Origin: Planctomycetota bacterium
GTDB taxonomy: Bacteria > Planctomycetota > B15-G4
Assembly (NCBI GenBank): GCA_038212275.1
Contig: JBBQUR010000001.1
Location: 306,890-370,889 of the forward strand
DNA length: 64,000 bases
Reading direction: 5' to 3'
In this document: positions 49,226 through 61,079 of the stretch, piece by piece
Position numbering within the stretch: position 1 is the stretch's first letter
Layout of the letters: every line of letters begins with the position of its first letter
Position numbers and translations under genes: made by a program
Notes under the pieces: generated by a model
What the model saw: only the letters and a program-made list of their open reading frames with translations
Databases searched by the model: none
Told to the model about the DNA's origin: nothing

Positions 49226-50442
49226 GCGACGCGCGCACGCTCGACGTCGAGATCGACGAGGACCGCCACAGCGAGCACATGCTGCTCAACATGGGGCCGC
49301 AGCATCCGTCCACGCACGGCGTGCTGCGCCTGATCCTCGAACTGGACGGCGAGGAGGTCGTCAAGGCGGAGCCGGTCATCGGCTACCTGCACCGATCGAA
49401 GGAAAAGATCGGCGAGAACATGTCCTATCACAAGTTCATCCCGTACACGGACCGGCTCGACTACCTCGCGCCGCTGGCCAACAACGTGGCCTACGCCGTG
49501 GCGTGCGAGAAGCTGATGGGCATCGAGGCGCCGCCGCGTGCGCAGGCCATCCGCGTGATCTGCGCGGAGTTGGCGCGCATCTCGGCGCACCTGCTGGGCC
49601 TGGGCGCCTACGCGATGGACCTCGGCGCGATGACGGTCTTCCTGTGGACGTTCCGCGAGCGCGAAACGATTTACACGCTCATCGAGCGCATCTGCGGCGC
49701 GCGTTTCACCACCAGCCACACGCGCATCGGCGGACTCGCGACCGACCTGCCCGACGACTTCATCCCGCTGCTCGAAGCCTTCGTGAAGGCGTTCCCGGGG
49801 CGCTGCGACGAGTACGAGGCGATGCTGTCGCGCAACAAGATCTGGGTGAAGCGCACGCAGGGCATCGGCATCATCAGCGCGGAGCAGGCGCTGGCCTTCG
49901 GGCTGACGGGTCCGAACCTGCGCGCCAGCGGCGTGGACTACGACCTGCGCAAGGCGCACCCGTACTGCGGCTACGAGCAATATGAGTTCGACGTGCCGAT
50001 CGGCAGCGTCGGCGACTGCTACGACCGTTACCTCTGCCGCGTCGGCGAGATGCGCGAGAGCGCGAAGATCCTGCGCCAGGTCATCGACACGCTGCCGGGC
50101 GGCCCGATCCTCAATCGCGACGAGCGCGTGCTCAAGAGCGTCTTCCCCGAGAAGGAGAAGGTGCTCACGAACATGGAGTCGCTGATCCACCAGTTCATGG
50201 TGGCGACGGAGTCCATCAATGCGCCGCCGGGCGAGGTCTGGTTCTCTGCGGAGAACCCGAAGGGCGAACTGGGCTTCTTCCTGCGCAGCGAGGGCGGCCT
50301 GTCGCCGACGCGTCTGCGCATCCGCGGCCCGTCCTTCGCCAACCTGCAGATCCTGCCCGAACTGCTGCCCGGGCACATGGTGGCCGACGTCATGGCCATC
50401 CTCGGCAGCATCGACTTCGTGATGGGCGAGTGCGACCGCTAG
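49222..50442 (+). CDS. nuoD: NADH-quinone oxidoreductase subunit D
   Basis: NMGPQHPSTHGVLRL, GYLHR, DRLDY, ENPKGE, D.VMGECDR. Confidence 0.97.
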   Translation: MSDARTLDVEIDEDRHSEHMLLNMGPQHPSTHGVLRLILELDGEEVVKAEPVIGYLHRSKEKIGENMSYHKFIPYTDRLDYLAPLANNVAYAVACEKLMGIEAPPRAQAIRVICAELARISAHLLGLGAYAMDLGAMTVFLWTFRERETIYTLIERICGARFTTSHTRIGGLATDLPDDFIPLLEAFVKAFPGRCDEYEAMLSRNKIWVKRTQGIGIISAEQALAFGLTGPNLRASGVDYDLRKAHPYCGYEQYEFDVPIGSVGDCYDRYLCRVGEMRESAKILRQVIDTLPGGPILNRDERVLKSVFPEKEKVLTNMESLIHQFMVATESINAPPGEVWFSAENPKGELGFFLRSEGGLSPTRLRIRGPSFANLQILPELLPGHMVADVMAILGSIDFVMGECDR

Positions 50443-50465
50443 GTCGGCCTGCACCGGGAGAGCTG

Positions 50466-50926
50466 ATGCTGCCAGAGACGCTGAAGTCCGAAATCGTGGA
50501 GTTGACGAGCCACTATCCGCACGCCCGCGCCGCGCTGGTGCCGGCGCTGCGCGCGGCGCAGCGCGACCTGGGATGGCTCGGCAAGGAGACGCAGACGGAG
50601 GTCGCGTCGCTGCTCGGCATCACGGCGCTCGAGGTGCACGAGGTCGTCAGCTTCTACCCGATGCTCTACGACAAGCCGGTGGGTCGGCACGTCATCCACG
50701 TCTGCCGCACGCTCTCGTGCGACGCGTGCGGCGGCAAGGAACTCTGGAAGCACCTGGAGAGCAAGCTCGGCGTGACGCGCGGCGGCACGACGGCCGACGG
50801 ACGCTTCACGCTCATGTCGGCCGAATGCCTGGCCTCGTGCGGCACGGCGCCGGTGCTGCTGCTCGACAACGAGCGGCACGAGAATCTCTCCCACGCGCAA
50901 GTGGACAAGCTGCTGGAGGCCGCGCG

Positions 50927-50930
<4 letters not shown>
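50466..50930 (+). CDS. nuoE: NADH-quinone oxidoreductase subunit E
   Basis: VSFY, VCRTLSC, ECLASCGTAP. Confidence 0.96.
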
Positions 50931-52249
<1,319 letters not shown>

Positions 52250-52250
52250 C

Positions 52251-53726
52251 ATGATCACCCTGTCCATCAACGGCCGGAAGGTCGAGGTGCAGCCCGGCAC
52301 GACGGTCATCGAGGCCGCGTCGGCGATCGGCATCGAGATCCCGCACTACTGCTACCACAAGGACATCGGCGTCGACGGCAACTGCCGCATGTGCCTCGTG
52401 CAGGTCGGCGCCAACACGCGCAAGCTGCAGATCTCTTGCATGATCCCGTGCTCCGAGGGCATGGACGTCCAGACCGAGTCGCCCGCGGTGATCAAGGCGC
52501 GCAAGGGCGTGCTCGAGTTCCTGCTCATCAATCACCCCCTCGACTGCACGATCTGCGACCAGGCCGGCGAGTGCCCGCTGCAGGACTACACCTACCGCTT
52601 CGGCCCGGGCGATTCGCGCTTCACCGAGCACAAGCAGAACAAGCCCAAGACGGTCGAGTTTTCCGATCAGGTCATGTTCGACGGCGAGCGCTGCATCCTG
52701 TGCACGCGCTGCGTGCGCTTCTTCGAGACCGTGCGCCACGAGAAGCCGCTCGGTGTCGAGAACATGGGCGGGAAGAGCCTCATCACGCTGGGACCGAACG
52801 GTCCACTCACCGACCCGTACCAGATGAACATCATCGACATCTGCCCGGTGGGCGCGCTGACTTCGCGCGACTTCCGTTTCAAGCAGCGCGTGTGGTTCAT
52901 GGACTTTGCCGACACGGTGTGCCCGGGCTGCTCGCGCGGCTGCAACATCACGGCCGGCGCCTACCAGGGCAAGCTGCTGCGCTTCGTGCCGCGCCGCAAC
53001 CCCGAGGTCAACAAGAGCTGGATGTGCGACGACGGTCGCCTTTCCTACAAGCAGTACAACCTCGACGAGCGCGTGCGCGGTGCGCACATCGCCGGCGAGC
53101 CTGCCGAGACCGGCGCGGCGCTGGCGCGCGTGTCGGAGCTGGTGGGTGATGGCAACGGCGTCGCGGTGCTGGCCTCCACGAAGAACACGTGCGAGGAGCT
53201 CTACGCGCTGAAGGCGTGGGCAGGTCACGCCGGCATCGCGCTGCTGTGGCATGGCGCGGCGAGCTGGGCGGGGGACGACTTCCTCAAGCTGCCCGACGCG
53301 ACGCCCAACACGGCGGGCGCGCAGGGGCTGGGCTTCGTGCCGGTGCCCGGCAACCGTCCGCGGCTGCGAGGCCTCATCGTCGCAGGAGACGTGGCCGTGC
53401 CGCCTGCGCTGCTTGCGGACCTCGACTTCGTCGTGCTCCAGGCCCCGGTGGCCGGCATGCTCGGAGCTGCGGCCTCGGTGCTGCTGCCCGGCCGCACGGC
53501 GCTCGAGAAGAAGGGCACGTGGATCAACGCGCAAGGCCTCGTGCAGCGTATCCGGCCGGCGCTCGACGCCGGACCCGGAGTGCCCGAGGACTGGACGCTG
53601 TGGCGTGACCTGCACGGCGGCCACTGGCCGACGCTGCAGCATCTGCAGTCCGAAATGGCTCGCGTGGCGGGCGCGAGCGGCGGCAAGGTCGAGCAGGCGG
53701 CGCAGCCGGCGGGCAGCCGGCCGTGA
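52251..53726 (+). CDS. nuoG: NADH-quinone oxidoreductase subunit G (short, 491 aa)
   Basis: CYH..GNCRMC..SC (N1b), HPLDCTICDQAGEC (N5), CILCTRC..CPVGAL (N4), CPGCSRGC..C (N7); shortened C-terminal domain. Confidence 0.92.
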   Translation: MITLSINGRKVEVQPGTTVIEAASAIGIEIPHYCYHKDIGVDGNCRMCLVQVGANTRKLQISCMIPCSEGMDVQTESPAVIKARKGVLEFLLINHPLDCTICDQAGECPLQDYTYRFGPGDSRFTEHKQNKPKTVEFSDQVMFDGERCILCTRCVRFFETVRHEKPLGVENMGGKSLITLGPNGPLTDPYQMNIIDICPVGALTSRDFRFKQRVWFMDFADTVCPGCSRGCNITAGAYQGKLLRFVPRRNPEVNKSWMCDDGRLSYKQYNLDERVRGAHIAGEPAETGAALARVSELVGDGNGVAVLASTKNTCEELYALKAWAGHAGIALLWHGAASWAGDDFLKLPDATPNTAGAQGLGFVPVPGNRPRLRGLIVAGDVAVPPALLADLDFVVLQAPVAGMLGAAASVLLPGRTALEKKGTWINAQGLVQRIRPALDAGPGVPEDWTLWRDLHGGHWPTLQHLQSEMARVAGASGGKVEQAAQPAGSRP

Positions 53727-54796
53727 GCAGCGACCTCCTCTTCAGCATCGTTGCGGCGCTCGTCAAGATCCTGGTCTTCGTGCACATCGCGCTCATCATC
53801 GCGGCCTACATGTCGCTGGCGGAGCGCAAGGTCTCGGCCTGGATGCAGGACCGCATCGGGCCCAACCGCGTCGGCTATGGCGGCGCGCTGCAGCCGATCG
53901 CCGACGCGGTGAAGTTCATGTTCAAGGAGGACGTGGTCCCCGGACACGTGAACAAGGTGCTGTACGTGCTCGCCCCGGCGCTGTGCGTCGTGCCGGCCTT
54001 CCTCGTCCTCGCCGTCATTCCCTTCGGGCCGCCGCTCACCGTGCTCGGGCGCAGCGTACCGCTGGTCATCGCGGACCTGGACATCGGCATCCTGTGGGTC
54101 TTCGCGATCAGCAGCCTGGGCGTGTACGGCATCACCATCGCGGGCTGGGCGAGCAACAGCAAATACCCGCTGATGGGCGGCGTGCGCGCCTCGGCGCAGA
54201 TGATCAGCTACGAGGTCTGCATGGGCCTGTCGGTCGTGGGCGTGTTCATGGCCACGAGCAGCCTGCGGCTCACCGACATCGTCGCGCACCAGGCCGACGG
54301 CGCCTGGAACGTCTTCACGCAGCCGATCGGCTTCATCGTGTTCGCCATCGCGGCCTTCGCGGAGACCAACCGACTGCCCTTCGACCTGCCCGAGGCCGAG
54401 ACCGAGCTGGTGGCCGGCTATCACACCGAATACAGCAGCATGAAGTTCGCGATGTTCTTCATGGCCGAGTACACGTCGATGTTCGTGTTCTCCGCGCTCA
54501 TCGCGACGCTCTTCCTGGGCGGATGGGACATCCCGTTCATCTCGGAAGCCACGCTGACGGCGCTGGGCAACTGGGGCGCACTGCTCGGCTTCGCGTCGTT
54601 CATGCTCAAGTCGGCCGCGTTCCTCTTCTTCTACGTGTGGGTGCGCTGGACCATTCCGCGCTTCCGCTTCGACCAGCTCATGGCGCTGGGCTGGAAGGTG
54701 CTGCTGCCGCTGTCGCTCGCGAGCCTCGTGATCACCGGGCTGGTCATCCAGACCGGACTCGATGCCTGGTTGACCCATTGGTTCAAGGGGGCCTGA
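53723..54796 (+). CDS. nuoH: NADH-quinone oxidoreductase subunit H
   Basis: ERKV.AWMQDRIGPN, QPIADAVK, AQMISYE, ETNRLPFDLPEAE.ELVAG. Confidence 0.97.
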   Translation: MSSDLLFSIVAALVKILVFVHIALIIAAYMSLAERKVSAWMQDRIGPNRVGYGGALQPIADAVKFMFKEDVVPGHVNKVLYVLAPALCVVPAFLVLAVIPFGPPLTVLGRSVPLVIADLDIGILWVFAISSLGVYGITIAGWASNSKYPLMGGVRASAQMISYEVCMGLSVVGVFMATSSLRLTDIVAHQADGAWNVFTQPIGFIVFAIAAFAETNRLPFDLPEAETELVAGYHTEYSSMKFAMFFMAEYTSMFVFSALIATLFLGGWDIPFISEATLTALGNWGALLGFASFMLKSAAFLFFYVWVRWTIPRFRFDQLMALGWKVLLPLSLASLVITGLVIQTGLDAWLTHWFKGA

Positions 54797-54797
54797 G

Positions 54798-55319
54798 ATG
54801 GGCAAGGTCGTCCAACGCCGACCGCTGACGTGGAGCGAGCAGCTCTACCTGCCGGCGATCCTCTCCGGTCTCGGCCGCACGTGGCGCGAGATGTTCCAGC
54901 CGGAGACCACGCTGCAGTACCCCGAGGAGCGGCCCGTCATCCACGACGGCTACCGCGGAGCGCCGGGCCTCGTGCGCGACGACGACGGTCGCGAGAAGTG
55001 CGTGAGCTGCCAGCTCTGCGAGTACATCTGCCCGCCCAAGGCGATCATGATCAAGCCCGCGGAGATCCGTGACGCCGCCTCCTCGGAGACGACCGGCCCC
55101 GACAACGTGGAGAAGGCGCCCAAGGAGTTCTTCATCGACATGCTGCGCTGCATCTACTGCGGCTACTGCGAGGAGGTCTGCCCCGAGGAGGCCATCTTCA
55201 TGACGAGCGTCTACGAGCTGAACGGCAGCTCGCGCGCCGAGCTCGTGCACGACAAGCCGAAGCTGTACGAGATCGGCGGCACGCGCATCGACAAGATCAA
55301 GAAGTGGAAGGACAAGTAA
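54798..55319 (+). CDS. nuoI: NADH-quinone oxidoreductase subunit I
   Basis: CVSCQLCEYICP and CIYCGYCEEVCP. Confidence 0.97.
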   Translation: MGKVVQRRPLTWSEQLYLPAILSGLGRTWREMFQPETTLQYPEERPVIHDGYRGAPGLVRDDDGREKCVSCQLCEYICPPKAIMIKPAEIRDAASSETTGPDNVEKAPKEFFIDMLRCIYCGYCEEVCPEEAIFMTSVYELNGSSRAELVHDKPKLYEIGGTRIDKIKKWKDK

Positions 55320-55320
55320 G

Positions 55321-55815
55321 GTGCACGAGCTCGCCTTCTATGCGCTCGCCGCGTGCATGGTGCTGTTCACGCTGCTGACCATCGCGTCGCGCAATCCGGT
55401 GTACTGCGCCATCTTCATGATCCTTTCCTTCGCGGCGACCGCGGGACTCTTCGTCCTGCTGGGCGCGTTCCTGCTCGCCGCGGTGGAGGTGCTGGTCTAC
55501 GCCGGCGCGATCATGGTGCTGTTCCTCTTCGTGATCATGCTCATCAACCTGCGGACCGAGGAGCAGGAAGGGCTGCGGCTCAATCCGCTGGCCATCGTGG
55601 CAGCGGGCACCTTCCTCGCACTGGTCTCGCGGGCGCTGAAGGACCTCGGCCCGGCGGTTGCCGACGCGCCGAATGCGCTGGAGGGCAGCCCGGGCCTCAT
55701 CGCCGAGACGCTCTTCCGCCGCTACGTGGTGCCCTTCGAGGCGGTCTCGATGCTGTTGCTGGCGGCCATCCTCGGCACGGTGGTGCTCGCGCGCCGCCAG
55801 AGGGGCGAGTCGTGA
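55321..55815 (+). CDS. nuoJ: NADH-quinone oxidoreductase subunit J
   Basis: RNPVY, VYAGAIMVLFLFVIML, PFEAVS.LLL. Confidence 0.96.
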   Translation: MHELAFYALAACMVLFTLLTIASRNPVYCAIFMILSFAATAGLFVLLGAFLLAAVEVLVYAGAIMVLFLFVIMLINLRTEEQEGLRLNPLAIVAAGTFLALVSRALKDLGPAVADAPNALEGSPGLIAETLFRRYVVPFEAVSMLLLAAILGTVVLARRQRGES

Positions 55816-56135
55816 TCACGCTCGAACACTACCTGGCGCTGTCCGCGATGATCTTCACGCTCGGCCTGTGCGGCGTGATGATGCGCCGCAACGTGATCCT
55901 CGTGATGATGTCCATCGAGATCATGCTCAACGCCGCCAACCTCGCGCTGGTGGCCTTCAACAGGCACCTCGTGCCGGTCGCGGGCGCCGCCGTCGCGCCC
56001 GACGGCCAGGTGCTGGTGTTCTTCACGATCGCCGTCGCGGCCGCCGAAGTGGCCGTCGCTCTGGCCATCGCCATGCTGCTCTTCCGACGCCTCGACACGG
56101 TCTCCGTGGACGACGTCGCGAACCTGCGCTGGTAA
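55812..56135 (+). CDS. nuoK: NADH-quinone oxidoreductase subunit K
   Basis: RRN...MMSIEIMLNAAN, GQV, AVAAAEVAV. Confidence 0.96.
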   Translation: MITLEHYLALSAMIFTLGLCGVMMRRNVILVMMSIEIMLNAANLALVAFNRHLVPVAGAAVAPDGQVLVFFTIAVAAAEVAVALAIAMLLFRRLDTVSVDDVANLRW

Positions 56136-56147
56136 GGGGACAAGCAC

Positions 56148-58109
56148 GTGGCGCCTTCGATGAACTGGCTGATCCTGCTGCTGCCGCTGACCTCGGCATT
56201 TCTCATCACCTGCTTCACGCAGAAGAGCAAGTGGCTCTCCGCGACGCTTGCGCTCGCCGCCGTGTGGGGCGCCTTCGCCATCGCCGCGAGCCACCTGCCA
56301 GCGGCGCTGCACGGCGAGGGGCACTTCGTCGTGGCGGACTCCTTCCGCTGGCTGTCGGCCGGCGACACGGTCTTCCGCTACGGCTTCCTGATCGACGGCC
56401 TCTCGCTCATCATGCTGCTCGTCGTGCTGGGCGTGGGCGGGCTGATCCACATCTACGCCATCGGCTACATGCACGGCGACCCGGGCTTCTCGCGCTTCTT
56501 CGCGTATCTGTCGCTCTTCATGTTCTCGATGCTCGGCATCGTCATCGCCGACAACTTCTTCCAGATCTTCATCCACTGGGAACTGGTCGGCGTCAGCAGC
56601 TACCTGCTCATCGGCTACTACTTCCGCAAGGACAGCGCGGCGGCCGCGGCCAACAAGGCCTTCCTCACGAACCGCGTGGGCGACTTCGGCTTCATGCTCG
56701 GCATCCTGATGCTGTTCTACGCCACGAAGTCGTGGGTGGCGCCGGGCAGCGGCGCCGGCGACTTCCGGGCGATGGCGGCCGCCATCTCGGCCCCGGGCTG
56801 GCTGGAACAGACGGCGATGTCCATCGGCGGCGGCCGCTGGATCATGACCAACGAGCACTTCCTCTGGATCGCCGGCGCGCTCACCTTCATGGGCGTCATG
56901 GGCAAGAGCGCGCAGTTCCCGCTGCACGTCTGGCTGCCGGACGCGATGGAAGGCCCGACGCCGGTCTCGGCGCTCATCCACGCGGCCACGATGGTGGCGG
57001 CCGGCGTCTTCCTGCTGGCGCGCATCTTCTTCGTCTACCTGCCCAGCGAGACGGCGCTCTCCATCATCGCGCACATCGGCTGCTTCACGGCCTTCTTCGC
57101 GGCGACGATCGCGACGACGCAGAACGACATCAAGCGCATCCTCGCCTTCTCCACGCTGTCGCAGCTGGGTTACATGGTGATGGCCATGGGCCTCGGCGGC
57201 GTGGATGCCTCGATGTTCCACCTGACGACGCACGCCTTCTTCAAGGCGCTGCTCTTCCTCGGCGCCGGCTGCGTGATCCACGCGGTGCACACCAACGACA
57301 TCCGCGAGATGGGCGGGCTGCTCAGGAAGCTGCCCATCACGGGCTGGACCTTCCTCATCGGCACGCTTGCGCTCTGCGGCGTGCCGCCGCTGTCGGGCTT
57401 CTGGAGCAAGGACGGCATCCTGCACCTCTCGCAGCATCCGCCGCACTATGCGCACGACTGGATGATCACCACGCTGCCGACGATCACGGCAGTGCTCACC
57501 AGCTACTACATGTTCCGGCTCGTGCTGCAGACCTTCTTCGGCAAGCCGCGCGACCAGCACCGCTACGACCATGCGCACGAGGCGCCGACCTGGATGTGGG
57601 CGCCGATGGTCGTGCTGTGCGTGCTCGCGATCATCGGCGGGCAGCTCATCGGCAGCCCCGACACGCTGGAAGCCTTCCGCACCGTGACGCGGCCCGCGGG
57701 CGTCATGGAGTTCGAGCCGATCCACGCCGACGAGCAGACCATCCTGCACGCGCTGCTCATCTTCGGGCTTGGCGCTGGCGCGGCCTTCGCCGCGTGGGGC
57801 CCGCGCCGCTGGATCCATCCGGACCGGATCCTCGCCATCCCCGGCATGCGCGCCGTGCACGCGCTCTTCGACAACCGCTGGTATGTCGATGACTTCTATG
57901 CCTGGATCGTGAAGTACGTCCAGCAGAACGTCGCGCGCGCCTGCAACGCCTTCGACCAGTACGTGCTCATCGGCTTCATCGTGAACGGCGGTTCGTGGCT
58001 CACGCGCGCGACGGGCGCCATCGTGGCCCGCTACCAGACCGGCTCGGTGCGCGCCTACGCCCTCCTCTTCCTCGCCGGAGTCGCGGCCCTGCTGGCGCTG
58101 AACCTGTGA
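56148..58109 (+). CDS. nuoL: NADH-quinone oxidoreductase subunit L
   Basis: WELVG..SYLLI, NRVGDFG, GKSAQFPLHVWLPDAMEGPTPVSALIHAATMV, HAFFKALLF. Confidence 0.97.
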   Translation: MAPSMNWLILLLPLTSAFLITCFTQKSKWLSATLALAAVWGAFAIAASHLPAALHGEGHFVVADSFRWLSAGDTVFRYGFLIDGLSLIMLLVVLGVGGLIHIYAIGYMHGDPGFSRFFAYLSLFMFSMLGIVIADNFFQIFIHWELVGVSSYLLIGYYFRKDSAAAAANKAFLTNRVGDFGFMLGILMLFYATKSWVAPGSGAGDFRAMAAAISAPGWLEQTAMSIGGGRWIMTNEHFLWIAGALTFMGVMGKSAQFPLHVWLPDAMEGPTPVSALIHAATMVAAGVFLLARIFFVYLPSETALSIIAHIGCFTAFFAATIATTQNDIKRILAFSTLSQLGYMVMAMGLGGVDASMFHLTTHAFFKALLFLGAGCVIHAVHTNDIREMGGLLRKLPITGWTFLIGTLALCGVPPLSGFWSKDGILHLSQHPPHYAHDWMITTLPTITAVLTSYYMFRLVLQTFFGKPRDQHRYDHAHEAPTWMWAPMVVLCVLAIIGGQLIGSPDTLEAFRTVTRPAGVMEFEPIHADEQTILHALLIFGLGAGAAFAAWGPRRWIHPDRILAIPGMRAVHALFDNRWYVDDFYAWIVKYVQQNVARACNAFDQYVLIGFIVNGGSWLTRATGAIVARYQTGSVRAYALLFLAGVAALLALNL

Positions 58110-59626
58110 ACACGCTGCTCACACAACACGTCCTGACCCTCATCCTGGCCATGCCGGTGCTGGCGACGGTGCTGCTGTTCATCGTCCCGGCGAGGCGCCC
58201 GGACATCGTGCGTTACGTCGGCATCGGCGCCGCGCTGTGCACGGCGGTGCTCGCCACGTGGCTCTTCTTCCACTACGACCAGGTGCGCGCGGGCTTCCAG
58301 TTCACGGAGCGGCTGCCGTGGGTGCCGTCGCTTGGCATCGCCTACATCGTCGGCGTGGACGGCATCTCCGTCGCCATGGTGATGCTCACCGCGGTCGTCT
58401 TCCTCGCAGGTTCGCTGGTGAGCTGGCACATCCAGAAGCGCACCAAGGATTTCTACATCCTGCTCTGCGCGCTGGTGGCGGGCGTCTTCGGCGTCTTCGT
58501 CAGCCTGGACCTGTTCTTCTTCTACTTCTTCTACGAACTCGCGGTCGTGCCCATGTACCTGCTCATCGGGTACTGGGGCAGCAAGAATCGCGAGTACGCC
58601 ACGATGAAGCTCACGCTGTACCTCACGGCGGGCGCGGTCGTGGCCCTCGTCGGGCTGCTCATGCTGTATTTCTCGGGCATTACCGAGAAGCCGACCTTCG
58701 ACCTGCTCGCGATGAAGGCCGCGGTGGAGAAGACCGGCGGGCTGGGCTTCGCGCAGCAGAGGCTGCTCTTCCCGATCCTGCTCGTCGGCTTCGCGACGAT
58801 CGCGCCGATGTGGCCGCTGCACACCTGGTCGCCCGGCGGTCACGCGGCGGCGCCCGCCGCGGCCTCGATGATGCACGCCGGCGTGCTCATGAAGCTGGGC
58901 AGCTACGCCATCATCCGCATCGCCATGACGCTGCTGCCGCAGGGCGCGGTGCACTGGCTGCCCGTGGTCGCGGTGCTGTGCTGCTTCAACATCATCTATG
59001 GCGGCTACATCGCCATGAGCCAGCGCGACATGAAGTTCGTGATTGGCTACAGCAGCAGTTCGCACATGGGTTACGTGCTGCTGGGCGTGGCGTCCATCAC
59101 GGTGCTCGGCACGAGCGGCGCGGTCTTCCTGATGTTCGCGCACGGCATCATGACGGCCCTCGCCTTCGCGCTCATCGGCTTCTTCTACGATCAGACGCAC
59201 ACACGCATGCTCGACGACCTCGGCGGCATGATGAGCCAGATCCCCTTCGTGGGCGTGCTCTTCGTGATGACCGCGATGGCCAGCCTCGGGCTGCCCGGCT
59301 TCGCCAACTTCGCCAGCGAGCTCATGGTGCTCGTGGGCAGCTGGCAGCGCTATCCGATCCCGACCATCCTGGGCGTCTTCGGCCTGGTCATCGGCGCGAC
59401 GTATCTGCTGCGCACGGTGAAGGCCGCCTTCCTCGGGCCGCCCAACCCGCGCTGGAGCGGCCTGCGCGACGCGAAGAGCTTCATCGACCGCGCGCCGTTC
59501 CTGCTGCTGCTCGGAGTGCTCATGCTGTTCGGGTTCTATCCCGCGCCGGTGGTGGACCTGATCCAGACCGGTGTCGCTCCCATCGTCCAGGCGCTGCTTG
59601 CCGCCGAAGCCGGAATGGGAGGCTGA
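58106..59626 (+). CDS. nuoM: NADH-quinone oxidoreductase subunit M
   Basis: GVDGIS, FYFFYE...VPMY.LIG.WG, PLHTW, YSSSSHMG, GLPG..NF..E. Confidence 0.96.
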   Translation: MNTLLTQHVLTLILAMPVLATVLLFIVPARRPDIVRYVGIGAALCTAVLATWLFFHYDQVRAGFQFTERLPWVPSLGIAYIVGVDGISVAMVMLTAVVFLAGSLVSWHIQKRTKDFYILLCALVAGVFGVFVSLDLFFFYFFYELAVVPMYLLIGYWGSKNREYATMKLTLYLTAGAVVALVGLLMLYFSGITEKPTFDLLAMKAAVEKTGGLGFAQQRLLFPILLVGFATIAPMWPLHTWSPGGHAAAPAAASMMHAGVLMKLGSYAIIRIAMTLLPQGAVHWLPVVAVLCCFNIIYGGYIAMSQRDMKFVIGYSSSSHMGYVLLGVASITVLGTSGAVFLMFAHGIMTALAFALIGFFYDQTHTRMLDDLGGMMSQIPFVGVLFVMTAMASLGLPGFANFASELMVLVGSWQRYPIPTILGVFGLVIGATYLLRTVKAAFLGPPNPRWSGLRDAKSFIDRAPFLLLLGVLMLFGFYPAPVVDLIQTGVAPIVQALLAAEAGMGG

Positions 59627-59627
59627 C

Positions 59628-61079
59628 GTGAACTTCGACGCAGGCTCCCTCTTCAGCGTCTTCAGCACCGAGGTCCTGCTCGCCGCCCTGGCGCTGCTGC
59701 TCATCGCGGTGGACCTGCTCACGGGCCGCGGTCGCCTCACGGGCCCGGCCGACGCGGTGCGCGTCACGGCGCTGCTCGGCCTCACCGCGCTGCTCGTCCA
59801 CTCCTTCACGCTGACGGCCCATGGCGCCGAGGTGTTCGGCACGCTGGACTCCTTCGCGATCTACTGGAAGCGCTTCTTCCTGCTGACGGCGCTCGGCGTC
59901 GTGGCGATCAGCGGGCCCTACGAGAACCGGCTGCCTACGGGCCGCGCGGAATTCCCGACGCTCATCGTCTTCACCACGATGGGCATGTGCCTGCTCGCGT
60001 CCGTGAACGACTTCGTGACGCTCTTCGTGGGTCTCGAGCTCGTCACGGTCACGCTCTTCCTGCTCGTGGCCTGGCGCTCGACGCTGCCCAGCTCGATCGA
60101 GGCCGGCATCAAGTACGTGATCATCGGCGCGCTGGCCGCGGCCTTCATGGTCTACGGCATCGCGTGGATCTACGGCGCAACGGGAAGCTTCGACTTCACG
60201 GCCGTGCACGCCGCGCTCAACTCCGGTGCGGAAACCAGCGCGGGCCTGAAGCTCGGCCTGCTGCTCGTTCTGGTAGGCCTCGGCTTCAAGCTGGGCGCCG
60301 TGCCCTTCCACATCTGGGTGCCCGACGTCTATCAGGGCGCGCCGACTCCCGTGACCGCCTTCCTCTCGGTCGGCTCCAAGGCCGCCGGCGTCGTGCTGCT
60401 CATGCGCCTCGTGCACACGGTGCTCGGTCCGGCCGCGGTGCACTGGTCCGCGCTGTTCGCGGGTCTCGCCGCCCTGACGATGCTCATGGGCAACCTTGGC
60501 GCCATCCCGCAGACGAACCTCAAGCGCTTCCTCGGCTACTCGGGCATCGCGCACGCGGGATTCGTGCTCTTGGCGTTTGCCACGCACAGCATCGACTCGG
60601 CCACGGGCGTGCTCTTCTACCTGGGCACCTACCTGTTCGCGAACCTTGCGGCCTTCCTCGTGATCATCGTCGTGTCACGCACGGAGGACAACGCCTCGAT
60701 GGATCGCGTGAACGGGCTCGCGGACCGCTCACCCTTCCTTGCCTTCGTGCTCACGGCGTGCCTGCTGTCGCTGGCGGGCGTGCCGCCGCTGGCCGGCTTC
60801 TTCGCCAAGTGGATGATCCTGCGCGCCGCGATGGCCGATCCATCGCTGCACTGGCTGGTCTTCCTCTCCTGCGCGATGATCGTCGTGTCGCTTTACTACT
60901 ACCTCTGCGTGATCAAGCGCATGTACATGCGCGACGCGATCGACACGAGCGTGCTCGAGATCTCCGGCGCCACGCGCTGGATGCTGCTCGCGAGCGTCGG
61001 CGTGCTCCTGGTGCTCGGCGTGTGGCAGCAGCCGCTCGTCGTGGCGGCAGCGCAAGGCGCCCGCTCGCTCTTCCCGTGA
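59628..61079 (+). CDS. nuoN: NADH-quinone oxidoreductase subunit N
   Basis: EAGIKY, FKLGAVPFH.W.PDVYQGAPTP, KRFLGYS.IAHAG, SLAG.PPLAGFFAK. Confidence 0.96.
   Translation: MNFDAGSLFSVFSTEVLLAALALLLIAVDLLTGRGRLTGPADAVRVTALLGLTALLVHSFTLTAHGAEVFGTLDSFAIYWKRFFLLTALGVVAISGPYENRLPTGRAEFPTLIVFTTMGMCLLASVNDFVTLFVGLELVTVTLFLLVAWRSTLPSSIEAGIKYVIIGALAAAFMVYGIAWIYGATGSFDFTAVHAALNSGAETSAGLKLGLLLVLVGLGFKLGAVPFHIWVPDVYQGAPTPVTAFLSVGSKAAGVVLLMRLVHTVLGPAAVHWSALFAGLAALTMLMGNLGAIPQTNLKRFLGYSGIAHAGFVLLAFATHSIDSATGVLFYLGTYLFANLAAFLVIIVVSRTEDNASMDRVNGLADRSPFLAFVLTACLLSLAGVPPLAGFFAKWMILRAAMADPSLHWLVFLSCAMIVVSLYYYLCVIKRMYMRDAIDTSVLEISGATRWMLLASVGVLLVLGVWQQPLVVAAAQGARSLFP

Noticed and set aside
52251..53726. Formate dehydrogenase alpha subunit or FeFe-hydrogenase
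   Set aside because: Too short, no catalytic Cys/Sec-His or H-cluster motifs; sits at the nuoG position
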